Assembly (NCBI GenBank): GCA_022605425.2
Contig: JAKIMF020000013.1
Coordinates: forward strand, 372,001 to 436,000
Origin: Hamiltosporidium tvaerminnensis FI-OER-3-3
Taxonomy: Eukaryota; Fungi; Microsporidia
Length of the DNA: 64,000 nucleotides
Reading direction: 5' to 3'
Positions 38,174-48,398 of this stretch are shown piece by piece. The translations under genes were made by a program, and so were the position numbers. Position 1 is the first letter of the stretch, and every line of letters starts with the position of its first letter. The notes under the pieces were generated by a model. The model was not told the origin of the DNA. It worked only from the letters and a program-made list of their open reading frames with translations, and made no database searches.

Positions 38174-38689
38174 ATGATACCAATTTTTTTATATTTCATT
38201 TTTATCGTGAAAGCAGAGAATCTAGTATTTCTTAAAAATATAAGACGACAGGGAGACATTCAAATAGCAGAATTGGCTTTTAGAGAACCAATAAATGTAA
38301 TTAAGTTCGGATTATACACAAACAAAGATACAAAAAATCAAAATGGATGGGTATTGCAGAAAGATTTAACTAATTACTTTTTAAAGAATTATTATTCTGG
38401 TCTGGAAACTATGGAAATAGTCCTACAAAAATCTTTACCCAATAAAATCTCGTATGCGTTTCTCTTGAAAGATAGAAAACGTGGTGATAACTTTACCAAA
38501 CCATTCTTTCGCAATAAAACCGGTATTTTCAGTCTCGAAGATACAGAAAATAATGAAGAGAATGAAAAACCAGACAAAACTAATTCAGATGAAGACGATT
38601 TCAAAAAGAACATAATTATAGGTATAATCATCATTGGTGTATTTTTATTCATTGTTATCGTTCTACTCATTTGTAAATGCTTAGCATAA
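38174..38689 (+). CDS. Small type-I membrane protein, probable paralog 3
   Basis: Signal peptide and C-terminal TM. NKDTKNQNGWVLQK and NKISYAF match NENPENINGYVVDK and NKIAYSF in paralog 2. Confidence 0.82.
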   Translation: MIPIFLYFIFIVKAENLVFLKNIRRQGDIQIAELAFREPINVIKFGLYTNKDTKNQNGWVLQKDLTNYFLKNYYSGLETMEIVLQKSLPNKISYAFLLKDRKRGDNFTKPFFRNKTGIFSLEDTENNEENEKPDKTNSDEDDFKKNIIIGIIIIGVFLFIVIVLLICKCLA

Positions 38690-39152
38690 TAATAAAACAC
38701 ATTCCTTAGCCTTTTTACTTTTTATTTTGTTTCTTAGACAAAAAATATTTATCCTAAAAGTTAAATTATTTTTTTAAAACCATTTCAGTAGTGTATTTTT
38801 TTTATCAAAGTAAATCCCATTCTGCAACAAACATATAAAAATTAAACTTTATAAGATAAAAGCGTCTTGAAATACTAAAATTTTAATAATATATTTCTTT
38901 AAGAAAATATAATACTCACACTTCGAAAAATTTTAAATATTCCTATTTTTTTAATAATACTAAATTGTATTTATTACATATTAAGTAAATTGAAATATTG
39001 ATTAATTTAAACTACGTATTAACAGTTATTTTAGAAAATAATTATTTGATAAAGATCTTGGGATTGAGAAAAAGAGTATAATCGAAACTTTGTTAAAAAA
39101 AATAATTTAAATACTAATAGCTCTAAAAATAATTAGTCAGTGGGTTAGTAAA

Positions 39153-39860
39153 TTTATTTAAAAATATCACATCTTTTTAAAACAGTGGCAAGTGTTATAT
39201 TGTTTCCATGTTTTAACGCAGTTCTATGTTTAACATAAATAACAGCTACCCCAATACTCCACAGTATAACTAGGATACCAACATTTCAGTGCGCTTTTTC
39301 CAAAATATGCTTAGAACCCAGTTAATAAGCGACTAAGCAGCCAAAAATTCTTTAATATAAGTTGCATGGAGTGTAGTCGTACGTAAACACACCCTAGGTT
39401 CCCTAAGATTATGCAGCATTCTCACTTGCTCTATACCTTCTGAAAGTAATAAACTTCCAGCCAAGATACATCTCGGCAACTTACATGGTTCAAATTAAAT
39501 ACTGCCATGTCATACCTACAAATAACCTGCTATTTAACTTTTCCAGCTTTAAGAGCCACTATTTTCGCGCTTTCCGGGCGGTAAGTCTTATAAACCGAGT
39601 GAGCAAAGCTAGGGTTAAATGCTTTGACATAGAAATTACCTAAAATTTCAGCTGCGGTCTGCAGTCTGGTTACATAAAAATCTCAAAATATATTTGTAGA
39701 AAAAGTTTCGCCGTTTCGTAGATCTTCTCACATAAACACTATTGAATTATCAAAAGTGTAGTGTGGTTTTTTACCACCAAAAAACCAAACAATGATCTTC
39801 ACATCAATTTCGCATACTCATTGCCAAGCAGATAGTCTTTTATCTGTTTATCCTTCCTTT
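39153..39860 (-). mobile_element. ~720-nt dispersed non-coding element, full-length copy
   Basis: Starts TTTATTTAAAAATATCACATCTTTTTAAAACAGTGGCAAGTGTTATATT, nearly as at 57140. Shares CCGAGTGAGCAA, CAGCTGCGGTCTGCA and CTCATTGCCAAGCAGA. Confidence 0.92.
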
Positions 39861-40787
39861 ATTAAAAGTCCGTGATAAAATTTAAATGTTTATAAACAGT
39901 ATTATGAAATTCGAAATCAGTTTAAATCTCAATTCAAGTATTATTTGAAATTTTATCGAATTAAAACATTTCTTTAATCGCTTCCCATGGCTTTTTATGC
40001 AACCCGTTCAATTCTTAGATATCTAATTAGGTTTTTCTCTGTAGCCGCACTATCATCCAAAATTATGAGTTGAATTTCAAATTTTTATGAGCTGAAGACC
40101 TTCCGGTTCTCTGCTAAATATTTTTAAAAAATATAGGTCGTATTCATTTTCTGCCTTTTAAATGCTTTTAGTGTATATAATTTCTCTCCACACCTTGGTC
40201 TTTACTTCAATTACCTGCTTAAAAAAATATTTTATTCTACTGTACAACAAGGCCAAATGATATCGGCATTTGAAGATTTTTAAGATAAATTTTATGTTAT
40301 TTTATGACAATACTTCATAGAGATATCACATAAGAAATTATCTCAAGCTAAATTTATGAAATGTGTTAACTCATTAACCAAATAGTCGTACTTTTTGTTT
40401 CTAAAATATAACAATTTAAAGCGCATCTTATGAAGTAATTCTAATTATCTATTCCTATAACAAAATTCTACATACATAGTTAAATTTCCACTGCCATTTT
40501 TAAATCCATTTAGAATTATAAATTTCTACATACGAATATTCTGTATAAGTTTTATAAAATATAATTTTATTTCTTATAGATTTCTGGCCACAAAATATTT
40601 TTCTTGCGGCCATCAATCAAGTATAACATAAAAACTCTAAATATTATTTGTATTTTTATGCATTAATTTTTAACCAAAAATTTAATTATTGGGATTTTTT
40701 TTTATACTACAAAAATAAATATTTAGAAAATTCTAGAATTTTTTATTTCTTTCCAGAAATTTATAAATTTTAAATGCAAAATATAAA

Positions 40788-40921
40788 TTTAAATCTTTAA
40801 TTTTCCATATATTCTATATAAAAATATTAGTTTACTTGTTGTACTAACAGTAAATTTTTTAATCATTTAAATCTTTAATTTTCCATATATTCTATATAAA
40901 GATATATGTTTACTTGTTGTA
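40788..40921. repeat. Direct duplication (period 78 bp) upstream of the GRASP gene
   Basis: TTTAAATCTTTAATTTTCCATATATTCTATATAAA...GTTTACTTGTTGTA at 40788 and 40866. Confidence 0.85.
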
Positions 40922-41046
40922 TAAATATTTCATTTTTTAATCATTTTTGTTTCAAATCATTTTTTTTATTTAAAATAATTTTTTTTTATTTCAAATTTAT
41001 TTTCATTTGCAATAAATATATTTTAAAAAAAAAAATAACCTACCCT

Positions 41047-43977
41047 ATGGGTGCAACCACTTCAAATCTAAAATCCTTTCAAATATTAAAAATACAAAAT
41101 AACACAGCAGCTCACAAACACAATCTTTTACCATTTTTTCACTTTATAACAGAAATAAACAACCAACCAATAAAATCACCTTCCGATATAAAAAGATTAT
41201 CAGAAAATTGGAAAAATAATTCTTTAAAACTTAAAATTTTTGATGCTCGAACAGAAGAATTTTTTGAAATTGATTTGAAGCATTTAGATGGTCATATTGG
41301 CGGTATTTGTAAAAATTCTGGTACTTGCAGTAATTCTGATATTTGCACTATTTCTGGTATTTGTAATAATTCTGGTATTTGTAATAATAATTCTGATATT
41401 TTTAAAAATATTTCTGGTATTTGCAATAATTCTGATATTTGTAATTATAATTCTGATATCTGTAAAGAAGAAGTAAAAAACAATAATTCTATTGGAATGA
41501 GTGTAAAGATGTATGAAGGGGAACCTTCTATTTTCTCATTGAGAATTATAACCACATTTCCCAATAGTGCTTCTTCCAAGGCTGGATTGATATCCGAACA
41601 AGATTATATTATTGGAATAGAAAATGTGCAGACCAAAGATGACCAAGAATTTTATGAGTATTTGTTTAAAAATAGAGAAAAAGAAGTTGTTTTGATTGTT
41701 TTTAATTTAGGTATGCAATCTGTTAGACGTGTAATTCTTGTACCGGAACGAGAAGAACTACTTGGATGTGAAATAGCCACCGGTGTTTTTAATCTTCCAC
41801 CTTCGTCTAAAATGAAATTGTTTTTTGATTTTGAAATGAATACAGCAAGAAAAGGAAATAATGAAGAGAAATTAGTTGAAAAAATGAATGGGGATAACGA
41901 TGAAGCTAAATTCGTTGGTGAAAAGGCAGATGAAAATAAGAATGAGAATCAAAATGAGGAAATAGAAGGTGAGGAAATGAAAGGCGAGAAGAAGAATGAA
42001 AATATGAATGAAGTAAAAAATGAAATAAAAGATGAGAAAAAAGAGGAATTAAAAGATGAAATAAAAACAGACATTAAAGATGAGATTAAAGATGAGAAAA
42101 AAGATGAAATGAAAACAGACATTAAAGATGAAATGAAAACAGACATTAAAGATGAAATAAAAGCAGACATTAAAGCTGAGATTAAAGATGAACCAAGTAA
42201 AACAAACATTAAAGATGAGAAAAAAGATGAAATGAAAACAAACATTAAAGATGAAATTAAATATGAAAATATTTGTATTGAAAAAAATAATTCGATTGAT
42301 TTTTTTGAAGAAACAATTTTAGAAAATAAAAATGAAATTTCTGATAAAAAAAATTTAAAAAATGGAAATGTTTCTAAAGAAAATTTAATTAAAGAAGAAA
42401 ATAACAATAAAACGCAAGAAATTATTTTTGATGATAAAAAAAGGTTTGAAAATACGGATTTTAAAAAAAATATTTTAAATGAAAATAAAAATGATTTTGC
42501 TGATTTCAAAAACGAAATAAAAGATAAAAATATTACGAATGATACAATTACTGAAGAAAAAGAGGATGGCAATAAAATTGAGGAGATTTCTATTGATTAT
42601 GAAACAAAGAAGAGTGAGGATTTAAGAGTTGAAAGGGAAAATATACACGAAGATTTAATTTCTGAAACAAAGAAGAGTGAGGATTTAAGAGTTGAAAGGG
42701 AAAATTTACACGAAGATTTAATTTCCGATCCACAAAACGAGCAATCAACATCAAATTACAGTCTAAAAAATATTGCTATGGGATTATTTGAAAAAATCAG
42801 TAGTCTTTCTTTAAATGAGGATGAAAATGTTGACTGGAGTAGTGAAAAAATAGGGGTTGAATCTACAGAGTGTAAAGATTTAAGTGATAAAGTTATAATG
42901 GAAAACGAAGAATTTAAAGAAATCAAAGCTACGAATGAGAAGCAAGACTTAACAGATAATTTTTTGGGAAATGAAAATTTTAATAAAAAATTTGAAAATG
43001 AAGAATTAAAAAATTCAAATTTAAAAGAAGAATTTATATCTCAAAAAAATTTAGAAATTGATTGTAAAAATGTTCAAGAAAAATACAAAATTACAGATGA
43101 AGAAAGAAATAGGGATATAAAGAAGGGTGAAATACTAGATGATGAGAATATAAACGCTAATGATATAAGTAAGGTAACAGATTGTACTTCCAGCAATATT
43201 TTTCATAGACCGGAAGAGAAATCAATAGATTTGAATCGATTGAAAATATTTTTCAATGAAGAAGTAAAATCAGTGGATTCAAATGAATTTAAATATGAAG
43301 AGAGTAAAAAACCAGAGATTTTAAATGAAAATAAAATGGCAGGAAATTTAGAAAATATTTCCATGGGTAAATCACGAACTGATGATGGATTGGATAAATA
43401 TTTTTCTGAGGGTGAAACTACAGAAGAAAGCAAAGAAGGATTCTTGTTAAAAGATATCGAACCTTTGAGAATGGACGGTCCAAATTCGTCAAAAAGTATT
43501 TTTTATGTAGAAAACAATCAAATAAAAAATGATTTCCTGAAGGAATTGAGTGGTTTTGAAGAAACTGAAAAAAATAACGAAGAAATTTTTGAACTGGAAA
43601 TTACAGAAAAAAATTCTGAAAATATAAAAAAAAATGCTTTACTTGAAAATACGAAGAAAGAAAATACAAAAGATGAAAATAAAAAAGATTTTATTGAAAA
43701 GTCTTCACAAGTAAAACTAGAGAATATTGATGACAGTTATAGCCATGAAACAACAAATATTTCCGTTCAACTTGATAGACCTCATTCTGACGAGGGTTAT
43801 CTCAGTGAATCTGACGAAAGAATGAATACGCCATCTTTAAGTGATCCTGTTACTTATGATGATTCCTATAACGTAAAAAAAGAAAATATTGTGACAGAAG
43901 GAGATTCTATTTTTCAAGAAGAAAAAAATGAGTTTAATGTTTTTTCTAAAAATGCGATTAAAAAAGAAGAAAAATAA
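41047..43977 (+). CDS. GRH1: GRASP55/65 (Grh1) family Golgi protein with a very long acidic low-complexity tail
   Basis: True start is probably MGATTS at 41047 (CCCT-ATG; Gly2 myristoylation is typical of GRASP55/65). Tandem PDZ-like motifs LLPFFHFITEIN, FPNSASSKAGLISEQDYIIG, VRRVILVP and LLGCEIATG. Confidence 0.88.
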   Translation: MGATTSNLKSFQILKIQNNTAAHKHNLLPFFHFITEINNQPIKSPSDIKRLSENWKNNSLKLKIFDARTEEFFEIDLKHLDGHIGGICKNSGTCSNSDICTISGICNNSGICNNNSDIFKNISGICNNSDICNYNSDICKEEVKNNNSIGMSVKMYEGEPSIFSLRIITTFPNSASSKAGLISEQDYIIGIENVQTKDDQEFYEYLFKNREKEVVLIVFNLGMQSVRRVILVPEREELLGCEIATGVFNLPPSSKMKLFFDFEMNTARKGNNEEKLVEKMNGDNDEAKFVGEKADENKNENQNEEIEGEEMKGEKKNENMNEVKNEIKDEKKEELKDEIKTDIKDEIKDEKKDEMKTDIKDEMKTDIKDEIKADIKAEIKDEPSKTNIKDEKKDEMKTNIKDEIKYENICIEKNNSIDFFEETILENKNEISDKKNLKNGNVSKENLIKEENNNKTQEIIFDDKKRFENTDFKKNILNENKNDFADFKNEIKDKNITNDTITEEKEDGNKIEEISIDYETKKSEDLRVERENIHEDLISETKKSEDLRVERENLHEDLISDPQNEQSTSNYSLKNIAMGLFEKISSLSLNEDENVDWSSEKIGVESTECKDLSDKVIMENEEFKEIKATNEKQDLTDNFLGNENFNKKFENEELKNSNLKEEFISQKNLEIDCKNVQEKYKITDEERNRDIKKGEILDDENINANDISKVTDCTSSNIFHRPEEKSIDLNRLKIFFNEEVKSVDSNEFKYEESKKPEILNENKMAGNLENISMGKSRTDDGLDKYFSEGETTEESKEGFLLKDIEPLRMDGPNSSKSIFYVENNQIKNDFLKELSGFEETEKNNEEIFELEITEKNSENIKKNALLENTKKENTKDENKKDFIEKSSQVKLENIDDSYSHETTNISVQLDRPHSDEGYLSESDERMNTPSLSDPVTYDDSYNVKKENIVTEGDSIFQEEKNEFNVFSKNAIKKEEK

Positions 43978-43984
43978 GTGTAAT

Positions 43985-44643
43985 GTTTTTTTTATTTTTC
44001 TTTAAATTTTTTTTTACTTCTTTTTTGTAAGAAATTAATTTTCTATTTTTACTTTTCTTTAAATTTTTTTTACTTCTTTGTAAGAAATTATTTTCTATTT
44101 TTACTTTTCTTTAAATTTTATTTCGATTTTCTTTGTAAGAAATTAATTTTCTTATTTTTATATTTCTTTAAATTTTATTTCGATTTTCTTTGTAAGAAAT
44201 TAATTTTCTTAATTTTACTTTTCTTTAAATTTTATTTCGATTTTCTTTGTAAGAAATTAATTTTCTATTTTTACTTTTCTTTAAATTTTTTTTACTTTTT
44301 TGTAAGAAATTATTTTTTCTATTTTTACTTTTCTTTAAATTTTATTTCGATTTTCTTTGTAAGAAATTATTTTTTCTTAATTTTACTTTTCTTTAAATTT
44401 TATTTCGATTTTCTTTGTAAGAAATTAATTTTCTATTTTTACTTTTCTTTAAATTTTTTTTACTTTTTTGTAAGAAATTATTTTTTCTATTTTTACTTTT
44501 CTTTAAATTTTATTTCGATTTTCTTTGTAAGAAATTAATTTTCTATTTTTACTTTTCTTTAAATTTTTTTTACTTTTTTGTAAGAAATTATTTTTTCTAT
44601 TTTTATATTTCTTTAAATTTTATTTCGATTTTCTTTGTAAGAA
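43985..44643. repeat. Minisatellite of ~12 units of 53-58 bp with two unit variants
   Basis: GTAAGAAAT recurs 12 times. Variants A (TTTTTTTACTT) and B (TTTATTTCGATTTT) occur in the order AABBBABBABAB. Confidence 0.95.
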
Positions 44644-47600
44644 ATGATATAAAATCGTTTTTTTACCTTTTTTTAGAATTATTGGCTTGCGGTTACCACT
44701 AATTTTATATAAAAATTAAATGAAAAAGATCCTAAATATAAACCAACTTCTGAATAAATAAGAAGAGAATGAGAACGAATATAAGTAATTGGAACTATTT
44801 CTCGATCAGTAATACTTTTTAAGGATGTGAAAGGACTAAAGTAAATCATCTAAAATATATTTAGATGAGGTGTGATGATATATACAAGCTGAGAGCTTTT
44901 AAGTTAATAAATGGATAAAAACATGTTTTTTAAAGGTCTAAATGACACAAATATTCGTATTTAGATGTATTTCATGCGATTACAGGGGTAGTATATCATA
45001 AATCTGCGAATTTAATTAATAATAACTCATAAATAATCAGAAACAAGACTTTCTGTGGCTAAAATAATAACCAATTTTATTTTTATATTATAATCCCTCA
45101 TAAAAGAGAGTTCAGTATGAAAAACAGAAATTGTGCCAATAATGCTGATATGGAAACTTATGCATGAGTTTAATTTTGTCTAAAAATATATTTTTTTATA
45201 TTTTAAATCTAAGAAGAGTAATTTTTTGAATGTTTAGTGACAACCCAAAAAAACACGACAAGACAATCTTATTAGAACAGAGGTGTAAAAATGTTTGTGC
45301 CTTCTCATTTTGGAGTTTTCAAGATTTATTTAAGATTTTGAAATCGGCATGAAGCATAACATATATGACTCTTGATAGTTGGGTCCCACTGTTAAAAAAG
45401 TACGTGAAATAAAGTTTTTTTTATTGAAGTAAGCTATTTTCTTTGTTTAAGACACATTCGATTTATTTTATTAATCTTTATTATTTTTTTAGTATAATAA
45501 ATAGACTTTCAAAAGAAACGGCCTGAAATTGATGCCACACCAATTTATTTTTCAAAAAAAAATATTGATGATGAACTTAATTCGTAGAATAGGAAGCGAA
45601 ACTTCACGATGATTTGTTCTTCTGAGGGCTTACGTATGCGATTCAAAAATATGATATAAAGAAATGTCAAAAATATATTCAAGACTGTATGGCAAATATA
45701 TATAAGTTTGAAACTAAATTCTAAACAAAAAAATTGTTTAATTTTCGGTTGGTAAATTAAATTGCTTATTGCCGATCAGTGAGGGTGATTTGGGATATGC
45801 GAGGTGCTACCGGGTAACTAAAAATATATGCAGCGATTATTAAATATTATAAAAATAATCAAAGGAAGAATATAAGATTCTAATAATGTAATTTTTAAAA
45901 GATCATGCGATTTCGTTTGCATATATTTTGCTTTAAATCTATGTTTTGTGGATTTTGAAATCTATGAAAAACAGTATCAAAATATAAAATTATGTATCAT
46001 TATAGTCACGATTTATTAACTTGACTATTAAAAAAAAATCTAATGAAAGACTGATCAAAATCTCTTTTAATTTCATCAAAGTATTCGACTTATTATCATG
46101 GCATTAAATATTTAAATCTCCAAATCAAAAAATTCAAATCCATTCAATATTTCCTTCACTTTTACTTGTATCAGGTTTTCTCACTAAAATATACTCAATT
46201 AGAGGTTTGATAATATATAAGTAAACTTTTTCATACCGAAGAGTTGCTATAAAAAATACAAAACCAAACCTACATAAAGTCTTACCAAAAAAAGATCAAC
46301 TATTTTTCTAGAAGCCCAACTCTCTAGAAATACTCACCATTCGAAAAATTAGCTAAAGAAAAGTAACGTGTGATTAAAATCTGATTTATAGAAAATACTT
46401 CTATTATGAGTATGAATACTCTGAACACAGAATAAATAAATTCGTTTCTTTAAAATTTATAAACATGCGAGATTGTTGATTAATTACATTATGAATGGAC
46501 TCAGAATGCAAGATTCTTAATTATATGAGTTTTATCATGCACTATAGGAAGTATTATCTAAAAAAGATTTTAGATAAGCATATAAAGCGATCGTGTCTAT
46601 CCAATATGACGTTGAACAAGGTCTATGCGTCAAAATAGGCTAAAAAAATGCCTTTATTGTTTCTGACTTTTCTGGAAAAGATACAGAAATATAAATTATA
46701 GAAGCAGCGATTAAAAATCTTCTGAATAATGAACAAACCATCACTGCCTCGACAAAAACTATTTCGGTTGATATAAATAGAAACAGAAGCAGAAAAATAA
46801 AATATTTAAAAGTAAATTTTTATTGACTTGTCGTTTTATAGGAGATGAAAACAATCTATGGATGAATTACCGCTCCTCTCCCTAATGATTTAAGAATACC
46901 ACGACACTTATATATAACAAACGAGTTTCGGTCTAGCGCAAATTTTAATTATTTGATCGTTAAACAGCATATAATGCGGAATTAGAGTCATGCTCTCTGA
47001 AATATAACTCAGATATCTTTAAAATCAGACTCTGGTTGAATCCCAACTACCAAACTTATACAATAAAATTCAAAAATGCATTTATATTTATATGAAGCTT
47101 GGATATATGAGTATTTTTAGAGATATTAAGGTTCAAACTAGCTTAAGAAAGAGAAAAAAGATTGTACAAACGCATTTTTTTATAGCATTAAGAATGAGGA
47201 TGTATACCAAGAACATGAAAAAGTAATAAAATTTTCAAAATTTTGTAAAGCCAAAAGAAAATAAGCGACTCGTTGTAAAAAATACACAGGAAAAACTGTA
47301 CCAGGAGTAGTGAAAAAATTTAAGCATAGATTTTTTTGATATAAATATAATTTGAATCTATAAAACAAAATAGATGGTATATTTTTAAAAAATCTTTAAA
47401 GATTTGCATGTGGAATATATATTAGATATAAAATGATGGAATTTGCATCATTAATAATGTGTCGTTTCAGAGTTTTCAGGATATAAAAATTTTTATCTGA
47501 AAATCTAATGGAATTCTACTATGAGTGTACTCTTTATCCTTGGATAATAGAAGGCTTAGGTTTTGCTGACAACTTTACCAAACAAAAGAAAAATCTCTTT

Positions 47601-48398
47601 CAAATACTTTAATCCTGCAAATCTCTAATTTACTTATGAATTATGTTTCATCTGTAGAAGAAATAACAAGCTTAAAAAACCCTTTGATAGGCATATATTG
47701 TTATACATGTTTCGGTAAAACCTGACTTTTAATTGCCTTTGAACTCGGAATTAGATAAATGGCTTGTTTTTTATATTTTAAAACAAAAAAATAGAAAGGT
47801 GAAACTTTTTGATAGTGACTTTGGTCCATTTTTACAAGTGGTTTAAGAAAAATATCATGTATCATGAACCGAGGTAGTGTTCTAACAAAATAAAGTATGT
47901 ATTTAACTTGCTTATGTCGAAATCAATAAAAATAACGCATATTTCTTCGATTTATCCAAACAGACTGTTAAAAATTTTAAACTTATGTGACTGGAATTAT
48001 TAGACTAAAGTCAAAAAGGAATACAAACTTATAAAAACATATGAGAAGGTAATACATAATGCAGAAATGGATTATAAAGTCATAGAATATTACTCAACAA
48101 ACCAAACGAAGAAAAATAGCTTCGAGGTGCCAAGTTAAAATTTTTGTAATGAAGAAATCATGGATATTAAACTAAGCTAGGAAATGATTTGAAATCTCGA
48201 AAAAGAGTCAAATATTTAAGAGGAAATAAATTAAACGAGAAAAGAGAAAAATAACCATTTATTTGAAATATTTTTACAAATTTATAGCCCAAAATATATT
48301 TTTAAACACATATATATTATTTCAAAAAAATTTTTATTGATAAAATGGTTGAAATTCTATTTAAGACATAGTAAACGGAAATAATTGATTAGATTTTG

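Noticed and set aside
40906-41046. N-terminal 47-aa extension of the GRASP ORF
   Set aside because: It is AT-rich low-complexity sequence that starts inside an upstream repeat; MGATTS after CCCT is the better start.
41949-42572. Antisense and short shadow ORFs (e.g. 41949-42572, 36589-37020, 55279-55611, and the 60-75 aa AT-rich ORFs)
   Set aside because: They overlap real genes on the opposite strand or lie within repeats, have low-complexity F/I/K/L/S composition, and show no motifs.
44800-48200. Possible decayed transposase or integrase relics (also ~5300-6300, 14400-15300, 22950-23650, 62900-63200)
   Set aside because: The composition hints at ancient coding or TE sequence, but no motif can be read confidently by eye.
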